Below are positions 19,873 through 29,400 of a DNA stretch of 32,000 nucleotides, piece by piece. Position 1 is the stretch's first letter; each line of letters opens with the position of its first letter. The stretch is from Acholeplasma laidlawii PG-8A (GTDB lineage: Bacteria; Bacillota_I; Bacilli_A; Acholeplasmatales; Acholeplasmataceae), in assembly GCF_000018785.1 (NCBI RefSeq), contig NC_010163.1, positions 60,001-92,000 on the forward strand. The letters are read 5' to 3'. A program made the position numbers and the translations under genes. The notes beneath the pieces were generated by a model, which was not told the origin of the DNA, searched no databases, and was given only the letters and a program-made list of their open reading frames with translations.

Positions 19873-20727
19873 ATGAATATAGGATTAATAGGAACAGGCA
19901 TCATGGGAAGTCCAATTGTAAGACATCTTGCTGAAGGTGGTCATACATTAACGGTATACAATAGGACAAAAGAAAAAGCAGAAAAACTTTCAGATGTTGC
20001 TTATGTTGCATCAACGATAGAAGAACTAACGCAAAAATCAGACATTATATTTATGATTGTTGGTTATCCAAAAGATGTAGAAACTGTAGCACTTGAAATA
20101 TTTAAAACAGCTAAACTAAATACAATCATTGTAGATATGACAACATCATCACCATCACTTGCAGCATACTTATATGATATGGCTAAAGAAAAAGGCCTAC
20201 ACATGATGGATGCACCTGTAACTGGTGGAGAAGTTGGTGCTATAGCAGGTACACTATCTATTATGGTAGGTGGCGATGAAACAAACTTTGACATCATCAG
20301 CCCTTTACTAGAAACCTTTGGTAAAACAATCCAGTATATGGGCAAAGCTGGTAATGGACAACGCACCAAGTTAGCAAATCAAATCGCAATAGCAGGTGCA
20401 CTTGCAGGTACAGTAGAGAGTTTATATTATGCAAACTCACTGAATCTAGATCTTACAAAAGCATTTGAAATCTTTATGGGTGGTAGTGCATCAAGTACTC
20501 AGATGAAGACCAACGGTCTACATATGATTAATAAGTACTATGAACCAGGATTTTACATTAAACATTTCTTAAAGGACTTAAATTTAGCGATCGAATCAAG
20601 CGTTAAACATTTAGAAGTTACAGTTAAAGTACGAGATATGCTAGAAGTATTAGTAGATAATCACCATGAAAATAAAGGTACCCAGGCACTCATACTATAT
20701 TACCTAGATAATTTGGCGATTTTATAA
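19873..20727 (+). CDS. NAD(P)-dependent oxidoreductase, 3-hydroxyisobutyrate/beta-hydroxyacid dehydrogenase family
   Basis: Rossmann motif MNIGLIGTGIMGSPI at the ATG at 19873, preceded by an AAGAGG RBS. GNGQRTKLANQ motif. The track's upstream extension (from 19813) is AT-rich and lacks an RBS. Confidence 0.85.
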   Translation: MNIGLIGTGIMGSPIVRHLAEGGHTLTVYNRTKEKAEKLSDVAYVASTIEELTQKSDIIFMIVGYPKDVETVALEIFKTAKLNTIIVDMTTSSPSLAAYLYDMAKEKGLHMMDAPVTGGEVGAIAGTLSIMVGGDETNFDIISPLLETFGKTIQYMGKAGNGQRTKLANQIAIAGALAGTVESLYYANSLNLDLTKAFEIFMGGSASSTQMKTNGLHMINKYYEPGFYIKHFLKDLNLAIESSVKHLEVTVKVRDMLEVLVDNHHENKGTQALILYYLDNLAIL

Positions 20728-20835
20728 CAATATTCGCTTGATTATTCATTTAATAGTATGAATTTTCATAATTATGTGATACACTTAATCTATAAAATAT
20801 ATTTTGATACTCAAAGTATTTTAAGGGAGAAAATT

Positions 20836-21684
20836 ATGAAAAAAATAGCAGTCGCAGTATTATCTACATCTGGAATGGATTATCTAAAAGAAAAAGATCA
20901 AACAGAAATTATAAGACTTACCGTATTCTTTGATGGAAAAGAATATGTAGACCATACAGAAATTAAATCTGATGAGTTCTATACAATGATGGTGGATAAA
21001 CCAAACGCAGATATTCATACATCACAAGTATCAACCGGTAAATTCCAAGAAGTATATGAAAAAATTAGAGACAAGGGTTATTCAGACCTGATTGTTGTAT
21101 CTATTTCATCGAAGTTAAGTGGTACTTATCAAGGTGCTTTACTTGCTCGTGATTTGGTAGAAGGTCTAAATGTTGAAGTGATTGACTCAAAAAGTGTTTC
21201 ATTTGGAGAGTTTGTATTAGCTAGAAAAGCACTTGAACTGATTAAACAAGGTAAGAATGTAACTGAAATTGTATCTAGTTTAAATGATTTAAGATCAAAA
21301 GTTAAGATTTATGTTTTAGTAGATACACTTAAGTATCTAGTAAAAAATGGAAGATTATCTGCAGCAGCAGGTTTAATTGGAACATTACTAAAGATCAAAC
21401 CACTTCTAAAAATTATGGAAGACGGTTCACTTAAACCTTTTGAAAAAATTAGAACAACTACTAAAGCTCAAAAAAGAGTATTAGAAATCATCTTAGAAGA
21501 AACTAAAGACAAAGATGTTGAGTATTATATAGCTTATACAACTAATTTAAGTAAAGCCGAAGAATTAAAAGAAGAATTAGTTGCTGCAAAACCAAATGCA
21601 ACAGTGACAATCATTCCACTTACACCAGTTGTAGGTGCACATGCTGGACCTGGTACTATTGGTCTGGGCTATTTTGAAATTTAA
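20836..21684 (+). CDS. DegV family fatty-acid-binding protein (FakB-like)
   Basis: MKKIAVAVLSTSGMDYL start after a GGGAGA RBS. DegV-type patterns SISSKLSGTYQ and GAHAGPGTIGL. Confidence 0.88.
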   Translation: MKKIAVAVLSTSGMDYLKEKDQTEIIRLTVFFDGKEYVDHTEIKSDEFYTMMVDKPNADIHTSQVSTGKFQEVYEKIRDKGYSDLIVVSISSKLSGTYQGALLARDLVEGLNVEVIDSKSVSFGEFVLARKALELIKQGKNVTEIVSSLNDLRSKVKIYVLVDTLKYLVKNGRLSAAAGLIGTLLKIKPLLKIMEDGSLKPFEKIRTTTKAQKRVLEIILEETKDKDVEYYIAYTTNLSKAEELKEELVAAKPNATVTIIPLTPVVGAHAGPGTIGLGYFEI

Positions 21685-21695
21685 GGAGCGTATAA

Positions 21696-22133
21696 ATGCC
21701 ATCTGCAAAGGAAATTATTAATACATTACTTGTTGACGTATTCAACCACATCTTAAGAATTGAAGAAGAAAAACTTAAAGAAAATAATGTTAAGTTATCA
21801 ATGACTGAAGTACACGTACTTGAAGCAATTAGAAATACCGAGATTCCGACCATGGGTGAGGTTGCTAAAAGATTGCGTGTCACATTAGGTACTTTAACAA
21901 CTTCCATTAATATTTTAGTTAGAAAAAAGATGGTATACAGATATTCCGATGATAAAGACAGACGTAAAGTATACTTAAAATTAACAGATGATGCACTTAA
22001 AGTTCTAACAATTCATGATAACTTTCATGAGGATATGATTACCTCATTATTTCATGACACAGACATAGAAAATGATGAAGTATTATTGAAATCATTGGAA
22101 AATATTACAACTTATTTCAAGTCAAAATATTAA
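21696..22133 (+). CDS. MarR-family transcriptional regulator, FabT-like
   Basis: Winged-helix core MGEVAKRLRVTLGTLTTSINILVRKKMVYRYSDDKDRRKVYLKLT. It is close to my recollection of streptococcal FabT (VTLGTVTTSLNNLERKGYIERVRSEQDRRVVHLHLT). AAGGAG RBS. Confidence 0.8.
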   Translation: MPSAKEIINTLLVDVFNHILRIEEEKLKENNVKLSMTEVHVLEAIRNTEIPTMGEVAKRLRVTLGTLTTSINILVRKKMVYRYSDDKDRRKVYLKLTDDALKVLTIHDNFHEDMITSLFHDTDIENDEVLLKSLENITTYFKSKY

Positions 22134-22166
22134 TTTGAAAAAACTATATGAATAGTCCCACAAAGC

Positions 22167-22199
22167 GAAGTTAGATATCAAAGATCTAACTTCTTTTTT
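22167..22199 (+). terminator. Rho-independent terminator after the MarR/FabT-like gene
   Basis: 10-bp stem GAAGTTAGAT pairs with ATCTAACTTC. 7-nt loop and a T6 run. Confidence 0.85.
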
Positions 22200-22225
22200 G
22201 TAATATAGACAGTTTTTAGTATAAT
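22198..22225 (+). promoter_or_regulatory. Candidate promoter for ORF 22282
   Basis: TTGTAA (22198-22203), 16-nt spacer, TATAAT (22220-22225). Confidence 0.45.
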
Positions 22226-22281
22226 GATATGTAGTTTTTTTTGCAAAAAAACTATAGAAACTTTGTATAAGGGAGTACGCA

Positions 22282-23697
22282 TTGAAAGAAAATTTTATCA
22301 GAGGAACATACCTCGAAGTAGATTTTGACAAACAAATCATAACACATCAACAAGATGTAGAAACCATCAAAAATATATTGAATGATATCATCAACACCAA
22401 GAATGAAGCATATATTAATAGGTATCATCAGGGATTTTTAGATATTAACGATCCGGATATACTGGATACACTACCTAAGATAGTAGAAATGCTTGAACAA
22501 CAATTTATAGAGTCTATCAAAGTAAACTCTACGCTATCAAGCGTGATATCCAACTTTATTATAAACTTGGAAGTTTTATCCAGTTATCATGAAGATATAA
22601 TAAGTTATATGTGGGAAATACTAGATGAAATGCACACTAGAATGTATTATAGTCTACTAGATAGTCAAACAAAGTTAGTAATTGAAATGAAAAATTTTCA
22701 ACCCAAATACTTATTTGATTTACCAGATAATGTTATAGGCATACTTTATAAAGATAGACCAAGTTCATTAGAAATTGATATTCTGGATTCAAAATGCATC
22801 GCATGTTTGGCATCAAGAGATACCTATAAAATAGGTAGTAGTTATAAATTTAAGAAATATGATTTAGGATTACTACCGGGTTTAGAACTTGAATATACTA
22901 AACTAACTAGAAAAGACAGAGGCAAATTCCAGTTAGGACTAGCCATACATAAGCTGTCGCAAATACATAAAGCCAAGCATGTAGATCCAGATTTTGTTAT
23001 AGTAGAACCAGAAAAAGGATATATTCAAACCTCTGGTGTTGCTTGTCTAGCAAGGAGACAGGTGTTTTATAAGAAATTATTTGAAACCTTTCCAAATAGT
23101 GATATACTCATTACTTTACCAAAGCTAGAATTACTTGATGTATACTTTAGTCAAGGTAATGAAACGAAACTAGATGTAACAACTATCACTAATCATTCAA
23201 ATATTTATGAAATTGAACTAAAATCAGCATTTAAAACACCAAATGATCGTGTATGTATTACAATTCCTGATATTGAAGACGTCAACGAATTCAATCAAAT
23301 AAAGAAATATCTAGAACATTTTAGTATTAAAAAGTTTGGATATAAGTTAAAAATTGGCTTAGAGGTAAATACAGAGTATAGTAGTTTGAATTTATCAGCT
23401 TTCAAAGGTTTTGAGTACGCCATCATAGATTTAGATAAAAGATTTGAATTATTACTACCGGATGAGGTCAATAGTATTAAATATGCTTTACAACATTCGG
23501 ATTTAAGAAATATATTGTATAGAAAATCTAAAAGAACCTATGCGATGGGAAAAGATCTATATAATCCAGACTTTGTACAAAAACTCATATATAGAGGATT
23601 TAGAAAATTTACAATAAAACCCGAACTTTTTCCACTATATAGTGAGATCATTTATCGATATAATCAAGGTGAGAGATTATACGGTAAAACAGTGTGA
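22282..23697 (+). CDS. Hypothetical 471-aa protein with weak PEP-utilizing enzyme (PTS Enzyme I/PPDK)-like features; catalytic residues not conserved
   Basis: TTG start 6 nt after an AAGGGAG RBS. The C-terminal strings KIGLEVNTEYSSLNLSAFKGFEYAIIDLDKRFELLL and YAMGKDLYNPDFVQKLIYRGFRKFTIKP resemble the EI strings VGVMVE...VDFFSIGTNDLTQY and TGMCGELAGD...GLDEFSMS. Confidence 0.35.
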   Translation: MKENFIRGTYLEVDFDKQIITHQQDVETIKNILNDIINTKNEAYINRYHQGFLDINDPDILDTLPKIVEMLEQQFIESIKVNSTLSSVISNFIINLEVLSSYHEDIISYMWEILDEMHTRMYYSLLDSQTKLVIEMKNFQPKYLFDLPDNVIGILYKDRPSSLEIDILDSKCIACLASRDTYKIGSSYKFKKYDLGLLPGLELEYTKLTRKDRGKFQLGLAIHKLSQIHKAKHVDPDFVIVEPEKGYIQTSGVACLARRQVFYKKLFETFPNSDILITLPKLELLDVYFSQGNETKLDVTTITNHSNIYEIELKSAFKTPNDRVCITIPDIEDVNEFNQIKKYLEHFSIKKFGYKLKIGLEVNTEYSSLNLSAFKGFEYAIIDLDKRFELLLPDEVNSIKYALQHSDLRNILYRKSKRTYAMGKDLYNPDFVQKLIYRGFRKFTIKPELFPLYSEIIYRYNQGERLYGKTV

Positions 23698-23744
23698 AAA
23701 TACCACATTTTAAACATAAAGATATACAAAAAGACAAAAAAGGG

Positions 23745-23773
23745 TTGCAATAAAAACTCTTTTTTTATATAAT
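23745..23773 (+). promoter_or_regulatory. Promoter of the S10 ribosomal protein operon
   Basis: TTGCAA (23745-23750), 17-nt spacer, TATAAT (23768-23773). Confidence 0.65.
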
Positions 23774-23906
23774 AATAAGGCTTGCGTAAATACAAGTAAA
23801 GCGTTGATCTGGAAGGTTGTTGATACACTGATAGCCGTTGTCGAGGTATCGAGTATTTCCAGGGAGTAAAGTCTATGCAAGGATTATAGGCGAAAGGAGA
23901 ATAAAA
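23774..23906 (+). promoter_or_regulatory. Structured 5' leader of the S10 operon (possible autoregulatory element)
   Basis: Nested complementarity: CTTGCGTA (23781-23788) with TATGCAAG (23874-23881), and CTGGAA (23809-23814) with TTCCAG (23857-23862). Confidence 0.35.
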
Positions 23907-24215
23907 ATGGCAAAAGATATTATTAAAATCAGTTTAAAAGCATACGATCACAGATTAATTGATCAGGCTGCTAAGAAGATTATTGAAAGCGTTGAAAAGA
24001 CAGGGGTAGTAGTCCAAGGTCCAATTCCGCTTCCAACTAAAAAAGAAATCTTTACTGTGTTAAGAAGTCCACACGTCAACAAAGACAGTCGTGAACAATT
24101 CGAAAGAAGAACACATAAGAGATTAATTCAAATCTTAGATCCAAATTCAAAAACAATCGATGCTTTAATGAGAATTGATTTACCATCAGGAATTGACATC
24201 GTTCTGAAAAAATAA
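23907..24215 (+). CDS. rpsJ: 30S ribosomal protein S10
   Basis: [19 protein letters not shown]... after an AAAGGAGA RBS (23893-23900). The TTG-initiated track extension from 23838 is rejected. Confidence 0.96.
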   Translation: MAKDIIKISLKAYDHRLIDQAAKKIIESVEKTGVVVQGPIPLPTKKEIFTVLRSPHVNKDSREQFERRTHKRLIQILDPNSKTIDALMRIDLPSGIDIVLKK

Positions 24216-24260
24216 AACAGATGTTACAAGGCTAAAAAATAAAAAGAAAGAGGAAAGACA

Positions 24261-24899
24261 ATGGCCAAAGGAATCTTAGGTAGAAAAATTGGAATGACAC
24301 AAATTTTCGATGAAAATGGTGTATTAATTCCTGTCACTGTAATTGATGTTGAAGGCAACGTTGTACTACAACAAAAAACTGTTGAAGTAGATGGTTACCA
24401 AGCAACTCAAGTTGGATTTGAATCCAAACGTGAAAAATTAAGTAACAAGCCTGAATTAGGGCACGTGAAAAAAGCAAATACTGCACCTAAGCGCTTCGTT
24501 AAAGAAATTCGATTTGATGCGCTTAATAATGAACTGTTAGCTTTAGAAGTAGGAACGGAAATTAAAGCTGACTTATTCACAGCAGGAGAAGATGTAGACG
24601 TAACAGGTACATCAAAAGGTAAAGGCTTCCAAGGTAACATTAAACGCCACAACCAATCAAGAGGACCTATGACTCACGGTTCTAGATATCATAGAGGCGT
24701 TGGTTCATTAGGAGCTATTAAAGGAAACATGAAGGGTAAAAACTTACCTGGACAAATGGGTAATGAACAAGTAACTGTTCAAAACTTAAAAATTGTTGCG
24801 GTTGATACAGAAAATGATTTACTACTAGTATCTGGTTCAGTACCAGGACCTAGAAAAGGGTATGTCGTTGTAAGAAGCGCAATTAAGAAAGGTAACTAA
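24261..24899 (+). CDS. rplC: 50S ribosomal protein L3
   Basis: [16 protein letters not shown]... and FQG...HGS motifs. S10 operon order. Confidence 0.97.
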   Translation: MAKGILGRKIGMTQIFDENGVLIPVTVIDVEGNVVLQQKTVEVDGYQATQVGFESKREKLSNKPELGHVKKANTAPKRFVKEIRFDALNNELLALEVGTEIKADLFTAGEDVDVTGTSKGKGFQGNIKRHNQSRGPMTHGSRYHRGVGSLGAIKGNMKGKNLPGQMGNEQVTVQNLKIVAVDTENDLLLVSGSVPGPRKGYVVVRSAIKKGN

Positions 24900-24910
24900 G
24901 GAGAATAATT

Positions 24911-25534
24911 ATGCCAACATTAAATTTATTCAATCAAGCTGGTGAAAAGATTTCTGAAGTTGCTTTAAATGACGCAATCTTCGGTATCACACCTAACCAA
25001 CAAGTGCTATATGATGTTGTCAATGCTCAACGCGCAGCGTTAAGACAAGGTACAGCAAAAACGAAGACTCGTGCTGAAGTCCGCGGTGGTGGTAAAAAAC
25101 CATGGAGACAAAAAGGTACAGGTCGTGCACGTCAAGGTTCAATCCGCTCACCACAATGGAGAGGCGGCGGGATCGTTTTCGGACCAATCCCAAGAAGTTA
25201 TGCTGTGAAAGTTAACCAAAAAGTTAAGCAATTAGCTTTAAAGAGTGCACTTTCATATCATGTACTAGCAGAAAATTTAGTTTTAGTAGACAACATTACA
25301 GTTGCTGAGCCTAAAACAAAATTATTCATCGAAATTATGAACAACTTAAAACTAGACGATAGATCAATCGTGTTAGTTGACAGTGTTGATAAAAATTTAT
25401 TACTAGCATCAAACAACCTACCAGGAGCAGTTGTTAGAGAAGTATCTCAAGTATCAGTATATGAGTTACTTAAGTTCAAACAAGTGGTCTTGACACAAGG
25501 TGCTGTTAAATACTACGAGGAGGTATTAGTATAA
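24911..25534 (+). CDS. rplD: 50S ribosomal protein L4
   Basis: KPWRQKGTGRARQGSIRSPQWRGGG motif. Confidence 0.97.
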   Translation: MPTLNLFNQAGEKISEVALNDAIFGITPNQQVLYDVVNAQRAALRQGTAKTKTRAEVRGGGKKPWRQKGTGRARQGSIRSPQWRGGGIVFGPIPRSYAVKVNQKVKQLALKSALSYHVLAENLVLVDNITVAEPKTKLFIEIMNNLKLDDRSIVLVDSVDKNLLLASNNLPGAVVREVSQVSVYELLKFKQVVLTQGAVKYYEEVLV

Positions 25535-25836
25535 TGGCTAAAGTAGTAGAAGCTAAATATTATGATTTATTACGCGCGCCGATTATTACTGAGCAATCAA
25601 TGAAACTCGTCGAAGATAGTAATAGATACACATTCAAAGTACCTAAAACTGCAAACAAAGTTGAAATCAAAAAAGCAGTTGAAGCAGTCTTTGGAGTTGA
25701 AGTACTAAAAGTTAACACCATTACTGTTTTACCTAAACGTAAAAAAGTTGGTAAGTATGAAGGTTTAAAGCCAGGATACAAAAAAGCGATTGTCCAGCTT
25801 AAAGAAGGACAAAAGATTGCTGCATTCGCAGTTTAA
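25534..25836 (+). CDS. rplW: 50S ribosomal protein L23
   Basis: LRAPIITEQS and KVEIKKAVEAVFGV motifs. TAATG overlap with rplD. Confidence 0.96.
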   Translation: MAKVVEAKYYDLLRAPIITEQSMKLVEDSNRYTFKVPKTANKVEIKKAVEAVFGVEVLKVNTITVLPKRKKVGKYEGLKPGYKKAIVQLKEGQKIAAFAV

Positions 25837-25867
25837 TCAATAGTGAAAGATATAGGAGAATTAACTT

Positions 25868-26698
25868 ATGGCAGTTAAAATTTATAAAAGAACGACCAAT
25901 GGTCGTCGTAATATGAGTGTTCTTACCTTTGATGAAATTACAACATCTACTCCTGAAAAATCACTTCTTGCGCCAATTACTAAAACTGGTGGTCGTAACA
26001 ACCAGGGTAAATTAACCGTTAGACATATCGGTGGTGGAGCAAAGAGAAAATATCGTATCATTGACTTTAAACGTGATAAAGATAATGTTCCAGGAAAAGT
26101 AACATCAATTGAGTATGATCCAAATAGAACAGCGAATATCGCATTAATTACTTATTTAGATGGTGAAAAAAGATATATCATCGCACCTAAAGGCTTACAA
26201 GTTGGAGCGTTAATCGTTTCAGGTAGCGAAATCGATATTAAAGTTGGTAATGCATTACCAGTTATGAGTATCCCAGTAGGTACAATTGTACACAACATCG
26301 AGTTAAAACCTGGTCGTGGTGGACAAATTGCAAGAAGTGCTGGTACATCCGCACAAATCTTAGGACGTGAAGAAAAATACGTTTTAGTCCGTCTACAATC
26401 TGGTGAAGTACGTCGTATCTTAGGTACATGTAAAGCAACAATCGGTGAAGTTGGTAACGAATCACACGAATTAGTTCGTATCGGTAAAGCTGGTAGAACA
26501 CGTCACCTAGGTGTACGTCCAACAGTACGTGGATCTGTTATGAACCCGAACGATCACCCACACGGTGGTGGTGAAGGTAAACAACCAATCGGTAGAAAAC
26601 AACAAATGACCCCTTGGGGTAAAAAAGCACGTGGTATTAAAACTCGTGATAAGAAAAAAGCGTCTACAAGCATGATCGTAAGACGTAGAAACGGATAA
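25868..26698 (+). CDS. rplB: 50S ribosomal protein L2
   Basis: [14 protein letters not shown]... and [17 protein letters not shown] motifs. Confidence 0.98.
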   Translation: MAVKIYKRTTNGRRNMSVLTFDEITTSTPEKSLLAPITKTGGRNNQGKLTVRHIGGGAKRKYRIIDFKRDKDNVPGKVTSIEYDPNRTANIALITYLDGEKRYIIAPKGLQVGALIVSGSEIDIKVGNALPVMSIPVGTIVHNIELKPGRGGQIARSAGTSAQILGREEKYVLVRLQSGEVRRILGTCKATIGEVGNESHELVRIGKAGRTRHLGVRPTVRGSVMNPNDHPHGGGEGKQPIGRKQQMTPWGKKARGIKTRDKKKASTSMIVRRRNG

Positions 26699-26710
26699 GG
26701 AGGGTAACCC

Positions 26711-26989
26711 ATGGCACGTTCACTTAAAAAAGGACCTTTCGCTGATCAATCATTATTAGATAAGGTCGCAAAACAAGCTAAATCAAACGATAAAAAAGTA
26801 ATTCAAACATGGAGTCGTCGTTCAACGATATTCCCAGAATTTATTGGTTTCACGATTGCTGTATACAATGGTCGCGAACACGTACCTGTATACGTTACAG
26901 AAGACATGGTTGGACATAAATTAGGAGAATTTGCTCCTACACGTACATTCCGTGGACACAAAAAAGAAGACAAGAAAGTTAAGAGATAG
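26711..26989 (+). CDS. rpsS: 30S ribosomal protein S19
   Basis: [10 protein letters not shown]... and [16 protein letters not shown] motifs. Confidence 0.98.
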   Translation: MARSLKKGPFADQSLLDKVAKQAKSNDKKVIQTWSRRSTIFPEFIGFTIAVYNGREHVPVYVTEDMVGHKLGEFAPTRTFRGHKKEDKKVKR

Positions 26990-27001
26990 GAGAAAGATAA
27001 T

Positions 27002-27337
27002 ATGGAAGCTAAAGCAATTGGAAAAACCATTAGAATCGCTCCTAGGAAAGTACGTCTTGTCGTCGATTTAATTCGTGGTAAGAATGTTAAGGAAGCACAA
27101 GCTATTCTAATGTTTACACCTCGTGGTGCATCACCAGTTATTGCTAAAGTCTTAGACTCAGCAATCGCGAATGCAACACACAACTTAAATTTAAACCCAG
27201 AAAACTTATTTGTTAAAGAAGTATGGGCTAACGAATCAATTACTATGAAAAGAATGTTACCACGCGCTAAAGGTAGTGGGCATTTAATCAGAAAACGTAC
27301 ATCACACATTACAGTGGTTGTCGCAGAAAGGGAGTAA
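27002..27337 (+). CDS. rplV: 50S ribosomal protein L22
   Basis: [18 protein letters not shown] motif and operon position. Confidence 0.97.
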   Translation: MEAKAIGKTIRIAPRKVRLVVDLIRGKNVKEAQAILMFTPRGASPVIAKVLDSAIANATHNLNLNPENLFVKEVWANESITMKRMLPRAKGSGHLIRKRTSHITVVVAERE

Positions 27338-27344
27338 TTAAAGC

Positions 27345-28115
27345 ATGGGACAAAAAACAAATCCAAACGGACTTAGATTAGGTATCATCCGTACTTGGGA
27401 ATCAAAATGGTATGCTGATCAAAAAGATGTACCAGCACTTATTAAAGAAGATGCTTTAATTAGAGAATTCCTAAACGAGAACTTTAGTAAAGCGGGTGTA
27501 TCTCAAATTGAGATTGAACGCGTTAAAGCTAAGTCTAAAGAAAGAGTTACAATTAAACTTTATGTTTCAAAACCTGGTATTGCATTAGGTAAAGAAGCAT
27601 CAGTTAAAAATAAAGCAGTTTCTACTTTAGAATACTTAACTAAAAAAGAAGTTATCTTAAATATTATTGAAGTAAGACGCCCTGAAAAAGTAGCAGTTTT
27701 AGTTGCTCAAAGCATTGCAGAACAATTAGAAAACCGTGCTTCATTCAGACGTGCTCAAAAAATGGCTATTCAACGTGCCCTTAAATCAGGCGCTAAAGGT
27801 ATTAGAACTTTAGTATCTGGTCGTTTAGGTGGAGCAGAAATGGCTAGAAGCGAAGGTTATTCAGAAGGACGTGTGCCTCTACATACATTAAGAGCAGACG
27901 TAGATTATGCTACAGCAGAAGCAAAAACTACTTATGGTATCTTAGGTATTAAAGTATGGATTTATCATGGTGAAGTATTACCAGGACAATCTATTTTAGA
28001 CACAAGAAAACCTTTTGAAGCTGGTAATCAAAAACGTGGTCAAAAACGTCGTCCACGTAATGACCAACCAGGTCAAAGACCTCAACAAAGAAATAGAAAT
28101 AGCAAGGAGGACTAA
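27345..28115 (+). CDS. rpsC: 30S ribosomal protein S3, with a ~40-aa basic, Gln-rich C-terminal extension
   Basis: [13 protein letters not shown]... and [12 protein letters not shown] motifs. The tail is ...[29 protein letters not shown]. Confidence 0.97.
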   Translation: MGQKTNPNGLRLGIIRTWESKWYADQKDVPALIKEDALIREFLNENFSKAGVSQIEIERVKAKSKERVTIKLYVSKPGIALGKEASVKNKAVSTLEYLTKKEVILNIIEVRRPEKVAVLVAQSIAEQLENRASFRRAQKMAIQRALKSGAKGIRTLVSGRLGGAEMARSEGYSEGRVPLHTLRADVDYATAEAKTTYGILGIKVWIYHGEVLPGQSILDTRKPFEAGNQKRGQKRRPRNDQPGQRPQQRNRNSKED

Positions 28116-28120
28116 TTACT

Positions 28121-28537
28121 ATGTTAATGCCAAAAAGAACAAAATACCGTCGTCCTCATCGTGTTTCCTATGAAGGAAAAGCGAAAGGTAGAAACGAAAT
28201 TATAAATGGTGATTTTGCATTAGTGGCTAAAGAAGGTGCTTGGATAACAAACCGTCAAATCGAAGCGGCTCGTATCGCGATGACTCGTGAAATGAAACGT
28301 TTAGGTAAAGTATGGATTAATATCTTCCCACACTTAGCTAAAACTAAAAAACCAATGGAAGTACGTATGGGTTCCGGTAAAGGGGCACCAGATTCATGGG
28401 TTGCAGTAGTAAAAGAAGGTAAAATCATGTTTGAAATTAACGGTGTAAGTGAAGCGACTGCTAGAGAAGCTCTTCGTAAAGCAGGTCACAAATTACCTAT
28501 TAAAGTTAAAATTGTCAAGAGAGGTGAAGAAGCGTGA
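28121..28537 (+). CDS. rplP: 50S ribosomal protein L16
   Basis: [11 protein letters not shown]... and MGSGKGAPD motifs. Confidence 0.98.
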   Translation: MLMPKRTKYRRPHRVSYEGKAKGRNEIINGDFALVAKEGAWITNRQIEAARIAMTREMKRLGKVWINIFPHLAKTKKPMEVRMGSGKGAPDSWVAVVKEGKIMFEINGVSEATAREALRKAGHKLPIKVKIVKRGEEA

Positions 28538-28722
28538 AAGCAGCTGATATCAGAAATTTAGATTCAAATCAAATTCATAACAAAATTGCTGAATTAAAAG
28601 CTGAATTATTCAATTTACGCTTTCAGCACGCTGTTGGTCAATTAGAAAACACAGCAAGATTAAGAACTGTTAAAAAGACTATCGCTCAAATGAAAACAAT
28701 CATTTCTGAGCGTGGCGAGTAA
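28534..28722 (+). CDS. rpmC: 50S ribosomal protein L29
   Basis: GTG start within a GTGA overlap with the rplP stop. [16 protein letters not shown] motif. Confidence 0.93.
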
Positions 28723-28736
28723 GAGAGGATATGACA

Positions 28737-29000
28737 ATGGAACAAGTTAAAAATAAAAAACTTTATACTGGAAAAGTTGTATCTGACAAAATGGATAAAA
28801 CCATTACTGTACAAGTGGAAACTCACAGAGTGCACCGTATCTACGGTAAAGCTGTGAAAGTTTCAAAAAAATTCCATGCACATGATGAAAATAATGTTGC
28901 AAAAATGGGCGATACTGTAACAATAGCTGAACATAGACCATTATCTAAAACAAAGAAATTTATTTTAGTAAGCGTCGATAAAACAGCAGAAATTGTTTAA
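28737..29000 (+). CDS. rpsQ: 30S ribosomal protein S17
   Basis: [14 protein letters not shown] and HDENN..GD.V.I.E.RPLSK motifs. The ATG at 28737 lies 7 nt after the GAGAGGA RBS. The in-frame ATG at 28731 is an alternative but sits too close to the RBS. Confidence 0.92.
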
Positions 29001-29018
29001 GAAGGGACGGAAAAATAT

Positions 29019-29387
29019 ATGTTACAACAAGAATCAAGATTATTAGTTGCTGACAATTCCGGAGCACGTGAAGTTCTAGTTATTAGAGTTTTAGGTGGTA
29101 CCCGCCGTCGTTATGCAAACATTGGCGATATCGTTACTGTCACAGTTAAAAAAGCTAGCCCAACTGGCACTGTTAAAAAAGGTGATGTTGTTAAAGCAGT
29201 TGTTGTTAGAACAAAACATGGCATTAGAAGAGCTGATGGTTCAACTATCAAGTTCGATGATAATGCAGCAGTTATTATTAAAGATGATATGAACCCAAGG
29301 GGTACACGTATCTTCGGACCGGTAGCAAGAGAACTTAGAGAGAAGAACTTCATGAAGATCGTCTCACTTGCACCAGAAGTATTGTAA
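29019..29387 (+). CDS. rplN: 50S ribosomal protein L14
   Basis: [19 protein letters not shown]... and 122-aa length. Confidence 0.98.
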
Positions 29388-29400
29388 GGAGGAAGCCCAT

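Noticed and set aside
23875-23889. A mini-ORF (ATG CAA GGA TTA TAG) with an upstream GGGAG in the S10 leader, possibly a leader peptide.
   Set aside because: It has only four codons and overlaps the proposed leader helix. No attenuation logic is evident, so it is most likely fortuitous.
26803-27366. A long (187-aa) minus-strand ORF antisense to rpsS and rplV.
   Set aside because: The length is striking, but it overlaps two universally conserved ribosomal protein genes. It has no RBS or family resemblance. Long antisense frames are a known by-product of the strong codon bias in highly expressed genes.
29095-29292. A 65-aa same-strand alternative-frame ORF inside rplN.
   Set aside because: It is embedded in the L14 coding sequence, its product is low-complexity and Leu/Gln/Met-rich, and it has no RBS.
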